Of a stretch of DNA of 64,000 nt, positions 15,988 through 25,737 are shown in pieces. Positions within the stretch are counted from its first letter, which is position 1; each line of letters begins with the position of its first letter. Where the stretch lies: contig JBFMFH010000056.1 in NCBI GenBank assembly GCA_040752275.1, positions 13,015 through 77,014 on the forward strand, read 5' to 3'. A program made the translations under genes and the position numbers. This DNA comes from Acidobacteriota bacterium. Its GTDB lineage: Bacteria; Acidobacteriota; Vicinamibacteria; Vicinamibacterales; JAKQTR01. Below the pieces are notes generated by a model. It made no database searches. It was not told where the DNA came from and was given only the letters and a program-made list of their open reading frames with translations.

Positions 15988-17490
15988 ATGTCACTCGACC
16001 ACCAGATCTCCGATGCCATCGCTGCCGCCACCAAGCAGATCTCCGCTCAGATCGAAGAGCGTCTGCGGGCTGTGGCCTCCGACATCGGCCAGGCAGCGTC
16101 GGCCGAGCGGGTATCGATTGTCCGGGAGATCCGCCTGGCGGCCGAAGCGGAGGTCGCCCGCAAGTCTCAAGAGGCCGTGGCCGCCGTGCAGGCCGAGCAT
16201 GCCCGCCGTCTCGAAGAAGCCGTCGCCGCCTCCCGGGCAGACGGAACGCGGCGCCTCGAAGAAGCCATGGCCGCCGCACGTGGCGAACACGCGAGGCGCC
16301 TCGACGAGGCCGTGGCCGCCGCTCACGCCGAGTCGGCGCGGAGCCACCAGTCCGAGCTCGCGAACCTGCGATCGACGGCGGCACGGGACCTCGACACGGC
16401 CGTCCAGCGCGCGAAGGCCGATTGTCTGCGTGAACACGACTCGGAGCTCTCCCGGCTCCGCACGATGCACGAGAGGAGACTGGAAGAGACCATCGCCGCC
16501 GCCCGAGCCGAGGCCGCCGAGACGCTCGCCGATGCACTTCAGCGCACAAGGGCGGAGGCCGACGCACGGCTGGCCGCCGCCGTCGACGAGGCCCGCACGG
16601 ACGCCCGCGCCGAGGTCGAGCGGGCACTGGTCGAGACCCTCGCCTCCGAACGGCAGGCGGAACTGGCCCAGGTCGAGCGGATTGCCGATGACATCCGGCG
16701 CCTCGACGGTGCCCGTTCCCTGACCGAGGTGCTCGAACTGCTGACCGAGAGTGTGGCCGCGGCCGCGCCGCGCGTAGCGATGTTCATCGTACGCGGCGGG
16801 CGAGTGGCGGGCTGGCGACTCGCCGGATTCCCCGACGAGGCCGACGCCCGCAGCCTCGAATTCGGCGTCGACGACAGGGGACTGGTCTCCCGGGCAGTCA
16901 GGGCCGCCCGCCCGGTTTCGACATCCGACGGTCACGACGGACCGCAAGGCACCGTCACGCCCTTCGGTGAGTTGCCTCTGGAACGGGCCGGGCTGGCGGT
17001 GCCGGTCCGCGTCGGAGGCACCACGGTCGCCGTCCTCTACGCCGACGATGCGTCGGCCGGCGGCCACGAGGTGCCGAGTTCATGGCCGGAGGTGGCCGAG
17101 ATCCTCTGCCGGCACGCGGCCAGATGCCTCGAGGTCCTGACGGTGACGCGCGCGGTGCAGCCGATCGGGCCCGTGCCCGATGCCGCTCCATCCCCACGCT
17201 ACGCGCCGCAGAGCCGCCCGGCCCTCCACGGCCCAGCCGATGATGACGACGCGGCGCGACGCTACGCGAAGCTGCTCGTGTCCGAGATCAAGCTGTACCA
17301 CGAGACAGCCGTCAGCCAGGGACGACGCGACCGCAACCTGCTGGATCGGCTGCGCCCGGAGATCGAGCGTGCCCGTCGCTTGTACGAAGAACGGGTGCCG
17401 GCCGAGACCCGCCAGCGGATGGACTACTTCGGCCACGAACTCGTGCGGACGCTGGCGAACGGCGATGCGTCCCTCTTGGGAGGGCCGTAA
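15988..17490 (+). CDS. Coiled-coil repeat protein with a GAF-like middle domain and a conserved C-terminal helical module
   Basis: Tandem units of about 14 aa (AEHARRLEEAVAAS / RADGTRRLEEAMAAA / RGEHARRLDEAVAAA). A GAF-like stretch (SLTEVLELLTESVAAAAPRVAMFIVRGGRVAGWRLAGF). The C-terminus reads RRYAKLLVSEIKLYHE...RLRPEIERARRLYEERV. Confidence 0.6.
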   Translation: MSLDHQISDAIAAATKQISAQIEERLRAVASDIGQAASAERVSIVREIRLAAEAEVARKSQEAVAAVQAEHARRLEEAVAASRADGTRRLEEAMAAARGEHARRLDEAVAAAHAESARSHQSELANLRSTAARDLDTAVQRAKADCLREHDSELSRLRTMHERRLEETIAAARAEAAETLADALQRTRAEADARLAAAVDEARTDARAEVERALVETLASERQAELAQVERIADDIRRLDGARSLTEVLELLTESVAAAAPRVAMFIVRGGRVAGWRLAGFPDEADARSLEFGVDDRGLVSRAVRAARPVSTSDGHDGPQGTVTPFGELPLERAGLAVPVRVGGTTVAVLYADDASAGGHEVPSSWPEVAEILCRHAARCLEVLTVTRAVQPIGPVPDAAPSPRYAPQSRPALHGPADDDDAARRYAKLLVSEIKLYHETAVSQGRRDRNLLDRLRPEIERARRLYEERVPAETRQRMDYFGHELVRTLANGDASLLGGP

Positions 17491-19714
17491 ACTGGCACCG
17501 CCGGATCTAGGGCCCCGCCTCCACGCGACGCTCGGCGGTTTGCGGCCACCCCTCCTTCTCGTTGCCGCGATTCTCCTCATCGGGCTGTCGAGTCCGGCAT
17601 CGTCCTGGCGACCCGACGCCGACCAGGACGGCCGCGCCGGCGCTTCGACCGCAGAACTGCGCCCGACGGAGCACCCGCGTCTGCCCGCCGCGCTGGAGGG
17701 CTACTGGTTGGTACCGCCAGCCACCTGGCAACCCACACAGTCAGCCGCCGTTCGAAAGGCCATGACGAATCTCGGATTGGCCTTCAGCCGCATCAAGGAC
17801 GGCACCTACGCGGCCGCCCTTCCCCTGATTCAGGACGCGGTGCTGGCCGCCACACCGCTCGGCGGATGGGCCGCCGTGGCGCGGGGCCGGACCGAGCTTG
17901 GACTCGGGCGATTCGATCAGGCGAAACGGACCTTTCAGATGCTCAGGCGTCAGGCTCCTGGCGGTGCGCTGGCCGAGATTGCCGCGCTGGGCGAAGCGGA
18001 AGCCCTGGAGGGGCTGCGCGACCACGCCGCCGCGGCGGCCGTCTATGCGGCGCTCGCCGCCAAGAACCCCGCGGACCCGGCGGACATGCTGGGCAGACTG
18101 GCCCGCACGGCAGCGGCGGCCGGCGATCGCCGGCAAGCACTCGAGGCCTGGGCGCGTCTCTACTACGAGTACCCCGCCACCGACCAGGGCAAGGAAGCGT
18201 CGCGGACCCTGGCAAGGTCGACACGTCCGCCGATCGTTCCCGGATCGGTCACGGCTGCGCGAGAGCTGGCACGTGCCGAGGCTCTGTTCGCCCGCAGGCA
18301 GTACAGCGACGCGAGGTCGGCGTTCGAGGCGCTGGCCAAGATTGAGAAGGGGGACTCCCGCGCGCTCGCCCAGCTGCGCGTGGCGGAATGCGACGTCCAC
18401 CTTCGACGTTACCGGCAGGCTGTCCGAGCCTTGCGCCCCCTGTTGAACTCGGGCACGCGGCGCGTCGAGGCCGAGTACTACTACCTGAGTGCCATCCGAG
18501 GCAGCGGCCAGCACGGGGAGTACGCGAAGCTGGCACGGCGGTTGGTTGAGCGTCACCCCTCGACACCGTGGGCGGAGCGGGCACTCGATGAGCTCGCCAG
18601 CCACTACATCATCATCGACGAGGACGACAAAGCGGCCGGCGTCTTCCGCGAAGTGCTCAGCCGCTACCCCTCGAGCGACATCGCGCAGCGGGCCGGATGG
18701 AAGGCCGGATGGTGGGCCTATCGCCGGCGCGCGTTTCCGGAGGCGGCCGAGGCGTTCGAGGGTACGGCCGCGGCCTTCCCGCGTTCGGACTACCGGCCCG
18801 CGCTCCTGTACTGGTCCGGCAGGGCGCGCGAACACCTCGGGCAGCGCGAGACGGCGATCGCGCGCTACCAGCTGGCCGTCACCGACTATGGCAACCTCTA
18901 CTACGGCCGTCAGGCCGCAGCGCGACTCGGCAACCTCCGGGTCCCCGTGCGGGTCGTACCCCCGGCCGAGCGTTTCACCGGTGCGGAAGCGGCGAGACGC
19001 CCGATGCCCGCGACCCTGGACGCGGAGTTGTTCGGTTGGCTCGTCCGCGCCGGGGCGTACGAGCCCGCCCTGATGGAGCTCGAATTCGCGAGACGGACCG
19101 GTGAGCCGAGCAGAACGACCGAGACCACTCGCGCGTGGCTGTACAGCCAGTCAGGTGACCGGAGGACGGGCACCACGATCATGCGCCGGACCTACCCGCA
19201 CTTCATGGCCGACGGCGGCGAGGGCCTGCCCGAGGAGATTCTCAAGGTCATCTACCCGCTCGACTACTGGCCGCTCATCTCCAAGTACTGCACTGCCCGC
19301 GGGCTCGACCCGTACCTCATCGCCGCGCTCATGGCGCAAGAATCGGCCTTCGATCCCACGATCCGATCGTCCGCCAACGCGGTGGGCCTCATGCAACTGC
19401 TGCCGCGGACGGCTCGACTCTGGGCACGGAAGCTCGGGATCCGCTATTCGGCCAGCCGGTTGACGGATCCGGAGTTCAGCGTCCGCGTGGGGTGCGCACA
19501 CTTTGCCGATCTGCTGAAGCAGTTCGGCGGCGAGCACTTCGCGCTGGCTGGTTACAACGCCGGCGAGCACCGCGTCTCGGCCTGGAAGGCCGAACGACCG
19601 GGGATGAGCGCCGACGAGTTCATCGACGACATCCCGTTTCCGGAGACGCAGAACTACGTGAAGCGGATCCTCGGCTCGGCGGAGGACTACCGCCGACTCT
19701 ACGCCGGCCAGTGA
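17465..19714 (+). CDS. Soluble lytic murein transglycosylase (Slt70-like: TPR/superhelical domain + SLT domain)
   Basis: The C-terminal SLT motifs are MAQESAFDP...SSANAVGLMQLLP...YNAG. The long N-terminal region is TPR-like and Ala-rich. The start is uncertain: ATG at 17465, or TTG at 17540, which would give MRPPLLLVAAILLIGLSS. Confidence 0.8.
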   Translation: MRPSWEGRKLAPPDLGPRLHATLGGLRPPLLLVAAILLIGLSSPASSWRPDADQDGRAGASTAELRPTEHPRLPAALEGYWLVPPATWQPTQSAAVRKAMTNLGLAFSRIKDGTYAAALPLIQDAVLAATPLGGWAAVARGRTELGLGRFDQAKRTFQMLRRQAPGGALAEIAALGEAEALEGLRDHAAAAAVYAALAAKNPADPADMLGRLARTAAAAGDRRQALEAWARLYYEYPATDQGKEASRTLARSTRPPIVPGSVTAARELARAEALFARRQYSDARSAFEALAKIEKGDSRALAQLRVAECDVHLRRYRQAVRALRPLLNSGTRRVEAEYYYLSAIRGSGQHGEYAKLARRLVERHPSTPWAERALDELASHYIIIDEDDKAAGVFREVLSRYPSSDIAQRAGWKAGWWAYRRRAFPEAAEAFEGTAAAFPRSDYRPALLYWSGRAREHLGQRETAIARYQLAVTDYGNLYYGRQAAARLGNLRVPVRVVPPAERFTGAEAARRPMPATLDAELFGWLVRAGAYEPALMELEFARRTGEPSRTTETTRAWLYSQSGDRRTGTTIMRRTYPHFMADGGEGLPEEILKVIYPLDYWPLISKYCTARGLDPYLIAALMAQESAFDPTIRSSANAVGLMQLLPRTARLWARKLGIRYSASRLTDPEFSVRVGCAHFADLLKQFGGEHFALAGYNAGEHRVSAWKAERPGMSADEFIDDIPFPETQNYVKRILGSAEDYRRLYAGQ

Positions 19715-19751
19715 GGCCGGTACCGCTCGGGCAGGCCCCGGCGGAGCTTCA

Positions 19752-21377
19752 TCACCGCCGGCGATCGACCTCGTAGATCGTGAGATCCCGTTGCGCCGCC
19801 ATGGTCCGCAGCCACCCGGCGGCCGCGACAGCCGACCGCATCCGCTCGGCATGCTCCCCGTACTCGGCGAAGTGGACCACAACGTGCGTGACGCCTAGCT
19901 CGTCGAGCAACGAACGGCTGTTGTCGCCCGGAAAGTCGCGCAGCCGCTCGGCGTGGCGAACGTAGCTGGCAGGCGTGAACCCGCTGTAGCCGTTGACGAG
20001 CTTCCGCCAGTGGGCCGTCGAGTTGAGCACATACGAAGCGTTGCGGAAAACGGCGTCGGGCCGAAAGAAGGGGAACTCGGCGACGATGGCGTGAGGCTCG
20101 TTGGCGAGGACGTCGTAGACCCCGGGGACTCCGTCGAACGGCCGGTAGGCCAGCGGAGCCCTCAGCGCCTCGACATTGAGAACCACGACCAACAGGCCTG
20201 CGGCTATCGGCCACCACGTCCGGCCGCCCCATCGCGCCCGCAGGACCGACACACCGAAGCCGCCGAGCACGGCAACGGCGACCAGCATCAGGAACCCGAA
20301 ACGTGCCGCGCCGCGCACCCCCTGGAGCAGCGGAATCGACGCATATAGCCAAGCGTAGCCCGGCACGGCTGGTCCGAAGGAGAGCACGAGTCCGACTCCG
20401 CCGGTGATCGTGCACATGCGTGCGCGCGGGTCGCGCCGGACACGCATGCTCCCGAGCGCCACGCCTGCGAGGAGCAGGGCCGCGAAACCAGGAAACAGCG
20501 CCGTTGCGCCTTCGAGGAAGCGATGGCTCCACCATGCGTAGTGCAGCCGCCCGGCCGTGGCGACGTAATCGCGCCAGGTCGACGAATAGAGCGCGACCTC
20601 TTCAATGGACCTCGTGAGCCCCTGCTCCTGGCGGGCCAGGTAGTACGGCACGAGGGACGGCCCGACGAGCATCGTGGCGACGGCGCCGGCCAGCAGCAGA
20701 AAGCCCAGGGTCCGGCGGGAGTGGGGGCAGGCCCACTCGCGGGGCCGCACGGCGACCGAGACGACAAGCGCCAACGCCGTGAACACCAACTGGTAGTTCG
20801 AGGTGAGGGCCTGCGCGGCAGCCAGCAATCCGAGGGCGATCGCTGTGCGCAGATGCGGCCGGCGAAGCAGCGAATCAAGCGCCAGCCACGCGAGCGGGAG
20901 GAACTCCAGATGCAACGCCTGGACGTGCGGCAGCCTGGTCAGCGTGTGCGCGTTGAACGCCAGCAGCGAGCCGGCGGCCGCTCCGGCCGCGTCGCTACCC
21001 GTCCAGCGTTCCATGGTGACCCACATGGCCCACGCCGAAAGCGCCAGTCCGAGCATCAGCAGCAGGTTGTAGGCGAGGACGGGGGACGCACCCAGCCAAA
21101 TCATTGGTGCCGCCATGGCCGATTGCACCACCAGGTGCTCGGAGAAGGCGAGCGTGCGCCGCTCCGGATAGAAGATGTTGGCGTCGAAGAGCGCCGCCGG
21201 ATCGCGCGGGGCCTGGTGCACGACCCACGCCACGATCCACTCGTTCAACATCGTGTCGGCGTTGTCGTGGCGTGACAGCCGGTCGGGCGCGAGGGCGAGC
21301 GGCCAGGTATGGATGACGGCCAGGGCCAGGCAGACGATCAGCCGGGCGGCGGCCATCCGGTGATCTCGAAGAGCCAC
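19752..21377 (-). CDS. Large polytopic membrane protein, putative GT-C-fold glycosyltransferase (paralog 1)
   Basis: About 10 hydrophobic segments, the motif LFDANIFYPERRTLAFSEH, and a C-terminal soluble domain VNGYSGFTP... It is a paralog of the upstream gene. Confidence 0.6.
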   Translation of the reverse strand: MALRDHRMAAARLIVCLALAVIHTWPLALAPDRLSRHDNADTMLNEWIVAWVVHQAPRDPAALFDANIFYPERRTLAFSEHLVVQSAMAAPMIWLGASPVLAYNLLLMLGLALSAWAMWVTMERWTGSDAAGAAAGSLLAFNAHTLTRLPHVQALHLEFLPLAWLALDSLLRRPHLRTAIALGLLAAAQALTSNYQLVFTALALVVSVAVRPREWACPHSRRTLGFLLLAGAVATMLVGPSLVPYYLARQEQGLTRSIEEVALYSSTWRDYVATAGRLHYAWWSHRFLEGATALFPGFAALLLAGVALGSMRVRRDPRARMCTITGGVGLVLSFGPAVPGYAWLYASIPLLQGVRGAARFGFLMLVAVAVLGGFGVSVLRARWGGRTWWPIAAGLLVVVLNVEALRAPLAYRPFDGVPGVYDVLANEPHAIVAEFPFFRPDAVFRNASYVLNSTAHWRKLVNGYSGFTPASYVRHAERLRDFPGDNSRSLLDELGVTHVVVHFAEYGEHAERMRSAVAAAGWLRTMAAQRDLTIYEVDRRR

Positions 21378-22996
21378 ACTGATGCCTCAGTCCGGATCGG
21401 TCGGAGATACTCGCCGTACTCGGCGATGCGCGCCTTCACCCCGGCCGCAGTCTGGTGGCTGTAGAGGTCGAGATGGAACAGCACGTACCTCACACGGAGA
21501 CGCTGGAGGATCTTGAACGACTCGGGGTTGGGGAACGAGCTCAGGGGCACGGTCATCTCCCTGAAGTCCGGAGGGATGTAGTCCGTGTACCCGTTGACGA
21601 GTGGCCGCCAATGGTAGGTCGACCAGAACATGTACTCCGCGTGCCGGTGATAGTCCACGCGACGGTAGAAGAACGGAAACTCCGCGACCGGCCCGTACGG
21701 CCGCTTGGCCAGTGATTCGTAGGCGGCCGGCAGCGGCTGCGCCCGAGTGAGCCGCAGCGGCGCCACAAAGAGGTCGCCGAGCGACAGAAGGGCGAGCGAC
21801 GCCGCGATGAGCGGCGCGCGCCGCCCCGTCGTGACGTGGGCCACGAAGTAGCCTGCGAACACCAGGAGGACGAGCGTGACGAGGAGTCCCAGGCGCGATG
21901 GCGCATGCAGCAGCGAGAAGACGGGGACGAGCGAGTAGAGCCAGGCGTACAACCCGGCGCCCGGCCCCAACGACGCCCAGAAGGCCAGCACCCCGAGCAC
22001 GGTGTAGTAGGTGACGTGGGCCCTGTCCGGCGCGGGCCGCCGGCGGGTCCACATCAGAACCAGACCAGCCGATCCCAGGACCACGGCCAGCGTCCCGGGG
22101 TAGAGGACCTCACCCCACTGGCCCAGCCAGGGCAGGATCCACCGGTGGGCATGCGCCGGCGAGGCGAGGTAGGAACGCCATGTCGCCGACCACTTGAGTG
22201 ACTCCTGAACGGACCTCTCGAACCCCGTCGAACGCTGCAGCTCGACGACCGGCAGCAGGAAGGGCAGGACCACCAACACGGCCAGGAGTCCGGCCCCGAG
22301 GGTGCCGGCCCAGTATCGCTTCTGCTTCCACAGCCCGCGGGCGAAGGCGTAGTAGAGCAGCCCGGGAACGAGCATCAGCCCGAGGAACACGCCGTAGTAC
22401 CCGCACGACAGCGCCTCGGCGGCGACGATCAGGCCGAGCACAATGGCCCGACTCGTCGTCGGCCGCTCGACGTAGCGATGCATGGCCAGGAGGGCGAAGG
22501 GCAGGCCGGCGGTCATCAGGAGCTGGCTGTGGGCCGTATGGGAGAACGTATACGCGCAGAAACCGAATCCAATCCCGGCGACGGTGGCGCCCGCCCGACT
22601 GCCGGTGAGGTGCCGGACGAGTGCGAAGGCGCCGATCTGGGCCAGGACGAACGATAGCAGCGCCACGACGTTGTAGGCGAACAGCGCGTTCTTGGTCGCC
22701 CAGTAGGCGGGGATCGCCAGCACCCCGACGAAGATGTTCGGCTCGAGATACGCGAGCGTGTTGCGGTGCGGATAGAAGATGTTGGCGTCGAAGAGCTCGC
22801 GCGGGTTCACGACGAGGGTCCTGGCCACCCAGGCCACGGTCCAGATCGCCTGGCGGCCGTCGTTCGTGTCGACGCGCCCGGAGGAGGTGATCTCAGGCGC
22901 AAGCGGCCAGGTCATCGCTACCGCCAGTACACAGGCGATCGCACAGACGACCATCCACTCGGAGGCGCGAAGCGGCATCGGGCCGTATGGTAGCAT
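21338..22996 (-). CDS. Large polytopic membrane protein, putative GT-C-fold glycosyltransferase (paralog 2)
   Basis: LFDANIFYPHRNTLAYLEPN and VNGYTDYIPP motifs parallel paralog 1. The track ORF's N-terminal 146 aa are low-complexity, so the start was trimmed to 22996 (MLPYGPMPL); 22978 is also possible. Confidence 0.6.
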   Translation of the reverse strand: MLPYGPMPLRASEWMVVCAIACVLAVAMTWPLAPEITSSGRVDTNDGRQAIWTVAWVARTLVVNPRELFDANIFYPHRNTLAYLEPNIFVGVLAIPAYWATKNALFAYNVVALLSFVLAQIGAFALVRHLTGSRAGATVAGIGFGFCAYTFSHTAHSQLLMTAGLPFALLAMHRYVERPTTSRAIVLGLIVAAEALSCGYYGVFLGLMLVPGLLYYAFARGLWKQKRYWAGTLGAGLLAVLVVLPFLLPVVELQRSTGFERSVQESLKWSATWRSYLASPAHAHRWILPWLGQWGEVLYPGTLAVVLGSAGLVLMWTRRRPAPDRAHVTYYTVLGVLAFWASLGPGAGLYAWLYSLVPVFSLLHAPSRLGLLVTLVLLVFAGYFVAHVTTGRRAPLIAASLALLSLGDLFVAPLRLTRAQPLPAAYESLAKRPYGPVAEFPFFYRRVDYHRHAEYMFWSTYHWRPLVNGYTDYIPPDFREMTVPLSSFPNPESFKILQRLRVRYVLFHLDLYSHQTAAGVKARIAEYGEYLRPIRTEASVWLFEITGWPPPG

Positions 22997-25670
22997 GCCG
23001 GGCATGAGCGACAGGCGGCCCCTGCTGGCGAGCGTGGCCGCCGTGTGCGCGTCGGTGGCCGCCTGGTGCTCGCTCGGCACGCTCACGTTGTCATCGGCCG
23101 GGGAGGCGGGGCAGCGGATCGGGGTCCTCCCGGCGCTGTGGGTCCTCGTCGCGCTCGTGCTCATCGGCGTGGCGACGGCCTTCGTGCTGCGGCCGCGCCG
23201 CGGCACGGTCGTCCCCTGGTTCCTGAGCGGCCTTCTGATCCTGCCTTGGATGCCGATCTCACTACCGCCCGCGGTACTGGCGGCGAGCGGTCCGGTGACG
23301 GTACTGGTGTGGGCCGGCATCCTGGCCGCCAGTCTTGCCGCGACGGAGTGGCCTGCGGTGGTCGCGCGGCGGGCCCGGTCGTGGTGTGCCGGGCCGCGTG
23401 CGCCGCTCGCGGCATCGGTGCTCGCCTTCGTCATCTACGCGTGTTCGTCGTGGCAGATCGGCGCGGTGCTGCCGGGAGGTGACGAGCCGCACTACCTGGT
23501 CATCACGCAGAGCCTCCTCATCGATGGTGACCTGCGCATCGAGAACAACCACCGGCGCGCGGACTACCGGCCGTATTTCCGCGGTGTTCTCAGGCCTGAC
23601 TACCTCCGCCGTGGTCAGGACCGCGAGATCTACTCGATCCATCTCCCGGGCGTCTCCCTGCTCGTCGCACCCGCCTTCGCCGTCGGTGGTTACCCGGCGG
23701 CGCGATTATGGCTTGCCGTGCTCGCTGCCGTCGCCGTCGGCGCCACGTGGCACATGACGTGGCGGGTCACGGCGAGCGCCGGGGCGGCGTGGTTCGCCAC
23801 GGCGGGAGCGGCCCTGACGGTGCCGTTCCTGTTCCTGGCGTTCACCGTCTATCCCGACGGCCCCGGCGCGGTCGTCCTGGCCGCGGCCTTCGCCATGCTG
23901 GTGTCGCTGGACGGACGCCCGGCGCGGCCCGCGCGTTGGTGGATCGCGGCGGGGGCGCTGGCATCTACGCTGCCCTGGCTGCATCCACGCTTTGCCCTGC
24001 TCGCAGCGTCGCTCGGGGTTGTCTTCGCCGTCCGGGCGTGGCGTGGTCCCGGCCGGCTGCGCACGATGGCCGCGTTCACATGGCTGCCGGGCGCCAGCGC
24101 CGCGGCGTGGTTCGGCTACTACCTGGTCATCTACGGAAGCCCAGACCCGTCCATCGTCTACGGCCACTACACGCAGATGGCCGTGTCGAATGCGCCCAGA
24201 GGGCTGGTGGGCCTGCTCTTCGACCAGCAGTTCGGGCTGGTCGCCACGTCTCCCGTCTTCGCGCTGGCGCTGGCGGGTCTCGTCCCGCTCGCCCGGCACC
24301 ACCGGCGCCTCGCGATTGAGTGGCTCGCGATCGCCGCGCCGTACGCGGTGGTCGCGGCGATGTATCACATGTGGTGGGGAGGACAGAGTTCCCCGGCGAG
24401 ATTCCTCGGTCCCCTTCTGTTGCTTGGCGCGGTGCCGATCTCCGCGGCGTGGCGTCATGGGACTGGTGCCGCGACGCGGGCAGTCCAGGCCATCGCCCTG
24501 GCGGTGAGCCTGGCGATGGCCGCGATGTTCGTCGCCGTCGGCGACGGCCGGTTTGCGTTCAGCTTCCGGGACGGCTCTGCGCAGTGGGCCGTGGCGGCCA
24601 GCACCCTCGCCGACGTGCCGAGAGCCCTGCCGAGCTGGTTCCGGATCGGCTGGCTGGAGGGCGCGGCCTCTGCCGCGGTGTGGGTGGTGGCGATGGGCAT
24701 GGCCTGGATGGCCAGCCGGTGGCTGAGTACCCGGCTGGCGCTCGGGCGCGGCACCGCATCGCTCGTGGCTGGCGCGTGCATCGTCGCAGCCGCGATGGGC
24801 GCGGCGAGCCTCGCGTGGCGGCTGGAGGACGCCACCGGGATAGCGCCCACAGCCGGTCAGCTCGCGTTGATCCGCGAGCTGGCCTCCGCACGGGTCCCGC
24901 TGACCGTGCGCTACGCTCCGCTCGGTGTTGGCGACGGGCGAGAGTTGGCGCACGCCATGCGCCTCGGCAACGACCGCGTGGCCGGAACTCCGCCGGACGC
25001 CTGGCTGTGGCTGCCCGATCTCCCCGCCGGCCGCTACCGGCTCTGGCTGGACGAGGTTCGTCCGGGAGCCGACCTCGATGTTGACGTGTCGATCGGGCGC
25101 AGCCGCGATCCGCTCCTGACCTGGGCCCTGCGGGATGCGAGATCGGGGCCGCAGTCGTTCGACCTGGCGCTGCCGGCAGCCGTCCACTCCGTCGCGGTCC
25201 GGGGAGGCCCCGGGCAGCGGGCCGCGGTTCGCAGCCTATGGCTCCAGCCTTTGTCCCTTGCCGACCCCGCGGACCCCGCCAGTGCGGAGCGGGCCGTCGA
25301 GGCACGGCGCTACGGCGCTGCTGTTGTGTGGGCGCTCGGCGACACCGTGTACCTCGAAGCCGATGGGCTGTGGGTGGCAGCCGAGGAAGGGGCAGGTCTG
25401 TTGCTCGACAGTCCTCCGGCCGGGGCGGGCCGGCGAGTCGGGTTGCGAGCCGGCGCCGTCGCGACAACCGTGCTCGTGCAAAGCGGGACCTGGCAGGCGA
25501 GCCTCAGGCTGAAGGCCGGGGAACGCCGCGATTTCATCGTGCCGGGGCCGGCTGAACGGCCGGCCCTGGTGCGGATTCGCACCGATGCCGGCTTCAGACC
25601 ATCGCAGGTGGACCCTGCCAGCACGGACGATCGCTACCTCGGCGTGTGGGTCGACCTCCCTGGGTCCTGA
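22995..25670 (+). CDS. Very large polytopic membrane protein (GT-C/ArnT-like N-terminal region + about 300-aa soluble C-terminal domain)
   Basis: GGDEPHYLVITQSLLIDGDLRIENNHRRADYRPYF motif, more than 10 hydrophobic segments, and a beta-rich C-terminus. The start is at 22995 or 23004, and the track start at 22779 was rejected. Confidence 0.55.
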   Translation: MPGMSDRRPLLASVAAVCASVAAWCSLGTLTLSSAGEAGQRIGVLPALWVLVALVLIGVATAFVLRPRRGTVVPWFLSGLLILPWMPISLPPAVLAASGPVTVLVWAGILAASLAATEWPAVVARRARSWCAGPRAPLAASVLAFVIYACSSWQIGAVLPGGDEPHYLVITQSLLIDGDLRIENNHRRADYRPYFRGVLRPDYLRRGQDREIYSIHLPGVSLLVAPAFAVGGYPAARLWLAVLAAVAVGATWHMTWRVTASAGAAWFATAGAALTVPFLFLAFTVYPDGPGAVVLAAAFAMLVSLDGRPARPARWWIAAGALASTLPWLHPRFALLAASLGVVFAVRAWRGPGRLRTMAAFTWLPGASAAAWFGYYLVIYGSPDPSIVYGHYTQMAVSNAPRGLVGLLFDQQFGLVATSPVFALALAGLVPLARHHRRLAIEWLAIAAPYAVVAAMYHMWWGGQSSPARFLGPLLLLGAVPISAAWRHGTGAATRAVQAIALAVSLAMAAMFVAVGDGRFAFSFRDGSAQWAVAASTLADVPRALPSWFRIGWLEGAASAAVWVVAMGMAWMASRWLSTRLALGRGTASLVAGACIVAAAMGAASLAWRLEDATGIAPTAGQLALIRELASARVPLTVRYAPLGVGDGRELAHAMRLGNDRVAGTPPDAWLWLPDLPAGRYRLWLDEVRPGADLDVDVSIGRSRDPLLTWALRDARSGPQSFDLALPAAVHSVAVRGGPGQRAAVRSLWLQPLSLADPADPASAERAVEARRYGAAVVWALGDTVYLEADGLWVAAEEGAGLLLDSPPAGAGRRVGLRAGAVATTVLVQSGTWQASLRLKAGERRDFIVPGPAERPALVRIRTDAGFRPSQVDPASTDDRYLGVWVDLPGS

Positions 25671-25683
25671 CCCCGATCCCATC

Positions 25684-25722
25684 GCGGAATGCGGAATCTC
25701 CTCCTGACTCCTGACTCCTGGT
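25684..25722 (+). repeat. Short period-7 arrays between convergent genes: (GCGGAAT)x2 then (TCCTGAC)x2 plus a partial unit
   Basis: Read directly: gcggaat gcggaat ctcc tcctgac tcctgac tcctgg. Confidence 0.75.
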
Positions 25723-25737
25723 CCCGCTGCCCGCCGC

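Noticed and set aside
16190-16330. 42-bp tandem DNA repeats as a non-coding repeat locus
   Set aside because: They are in frame within a long ORF and encode amphipathic 14-aa coiled-coil units, so they are treated as coding repeats.
15752-17067. Long minus-strand ORFs (15752-16627, 15991-17067) opposite the coiled-coil protein gene
   Set aside because: These are Arg/Pro-rich antisense translations of an Ala/Glu/Arg-rich coding repeat. They have no start context or motifs.
22997-23434. N-terminal extension of the GT-C paralog (track start 23434), and likewise the 22779 start of the divergent gene
   Set aside because: The extensions are low-complexity, lack hydrophobic segments and run antisense through each other. 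Internal ATGs immediately precede the first transmembrane helix.
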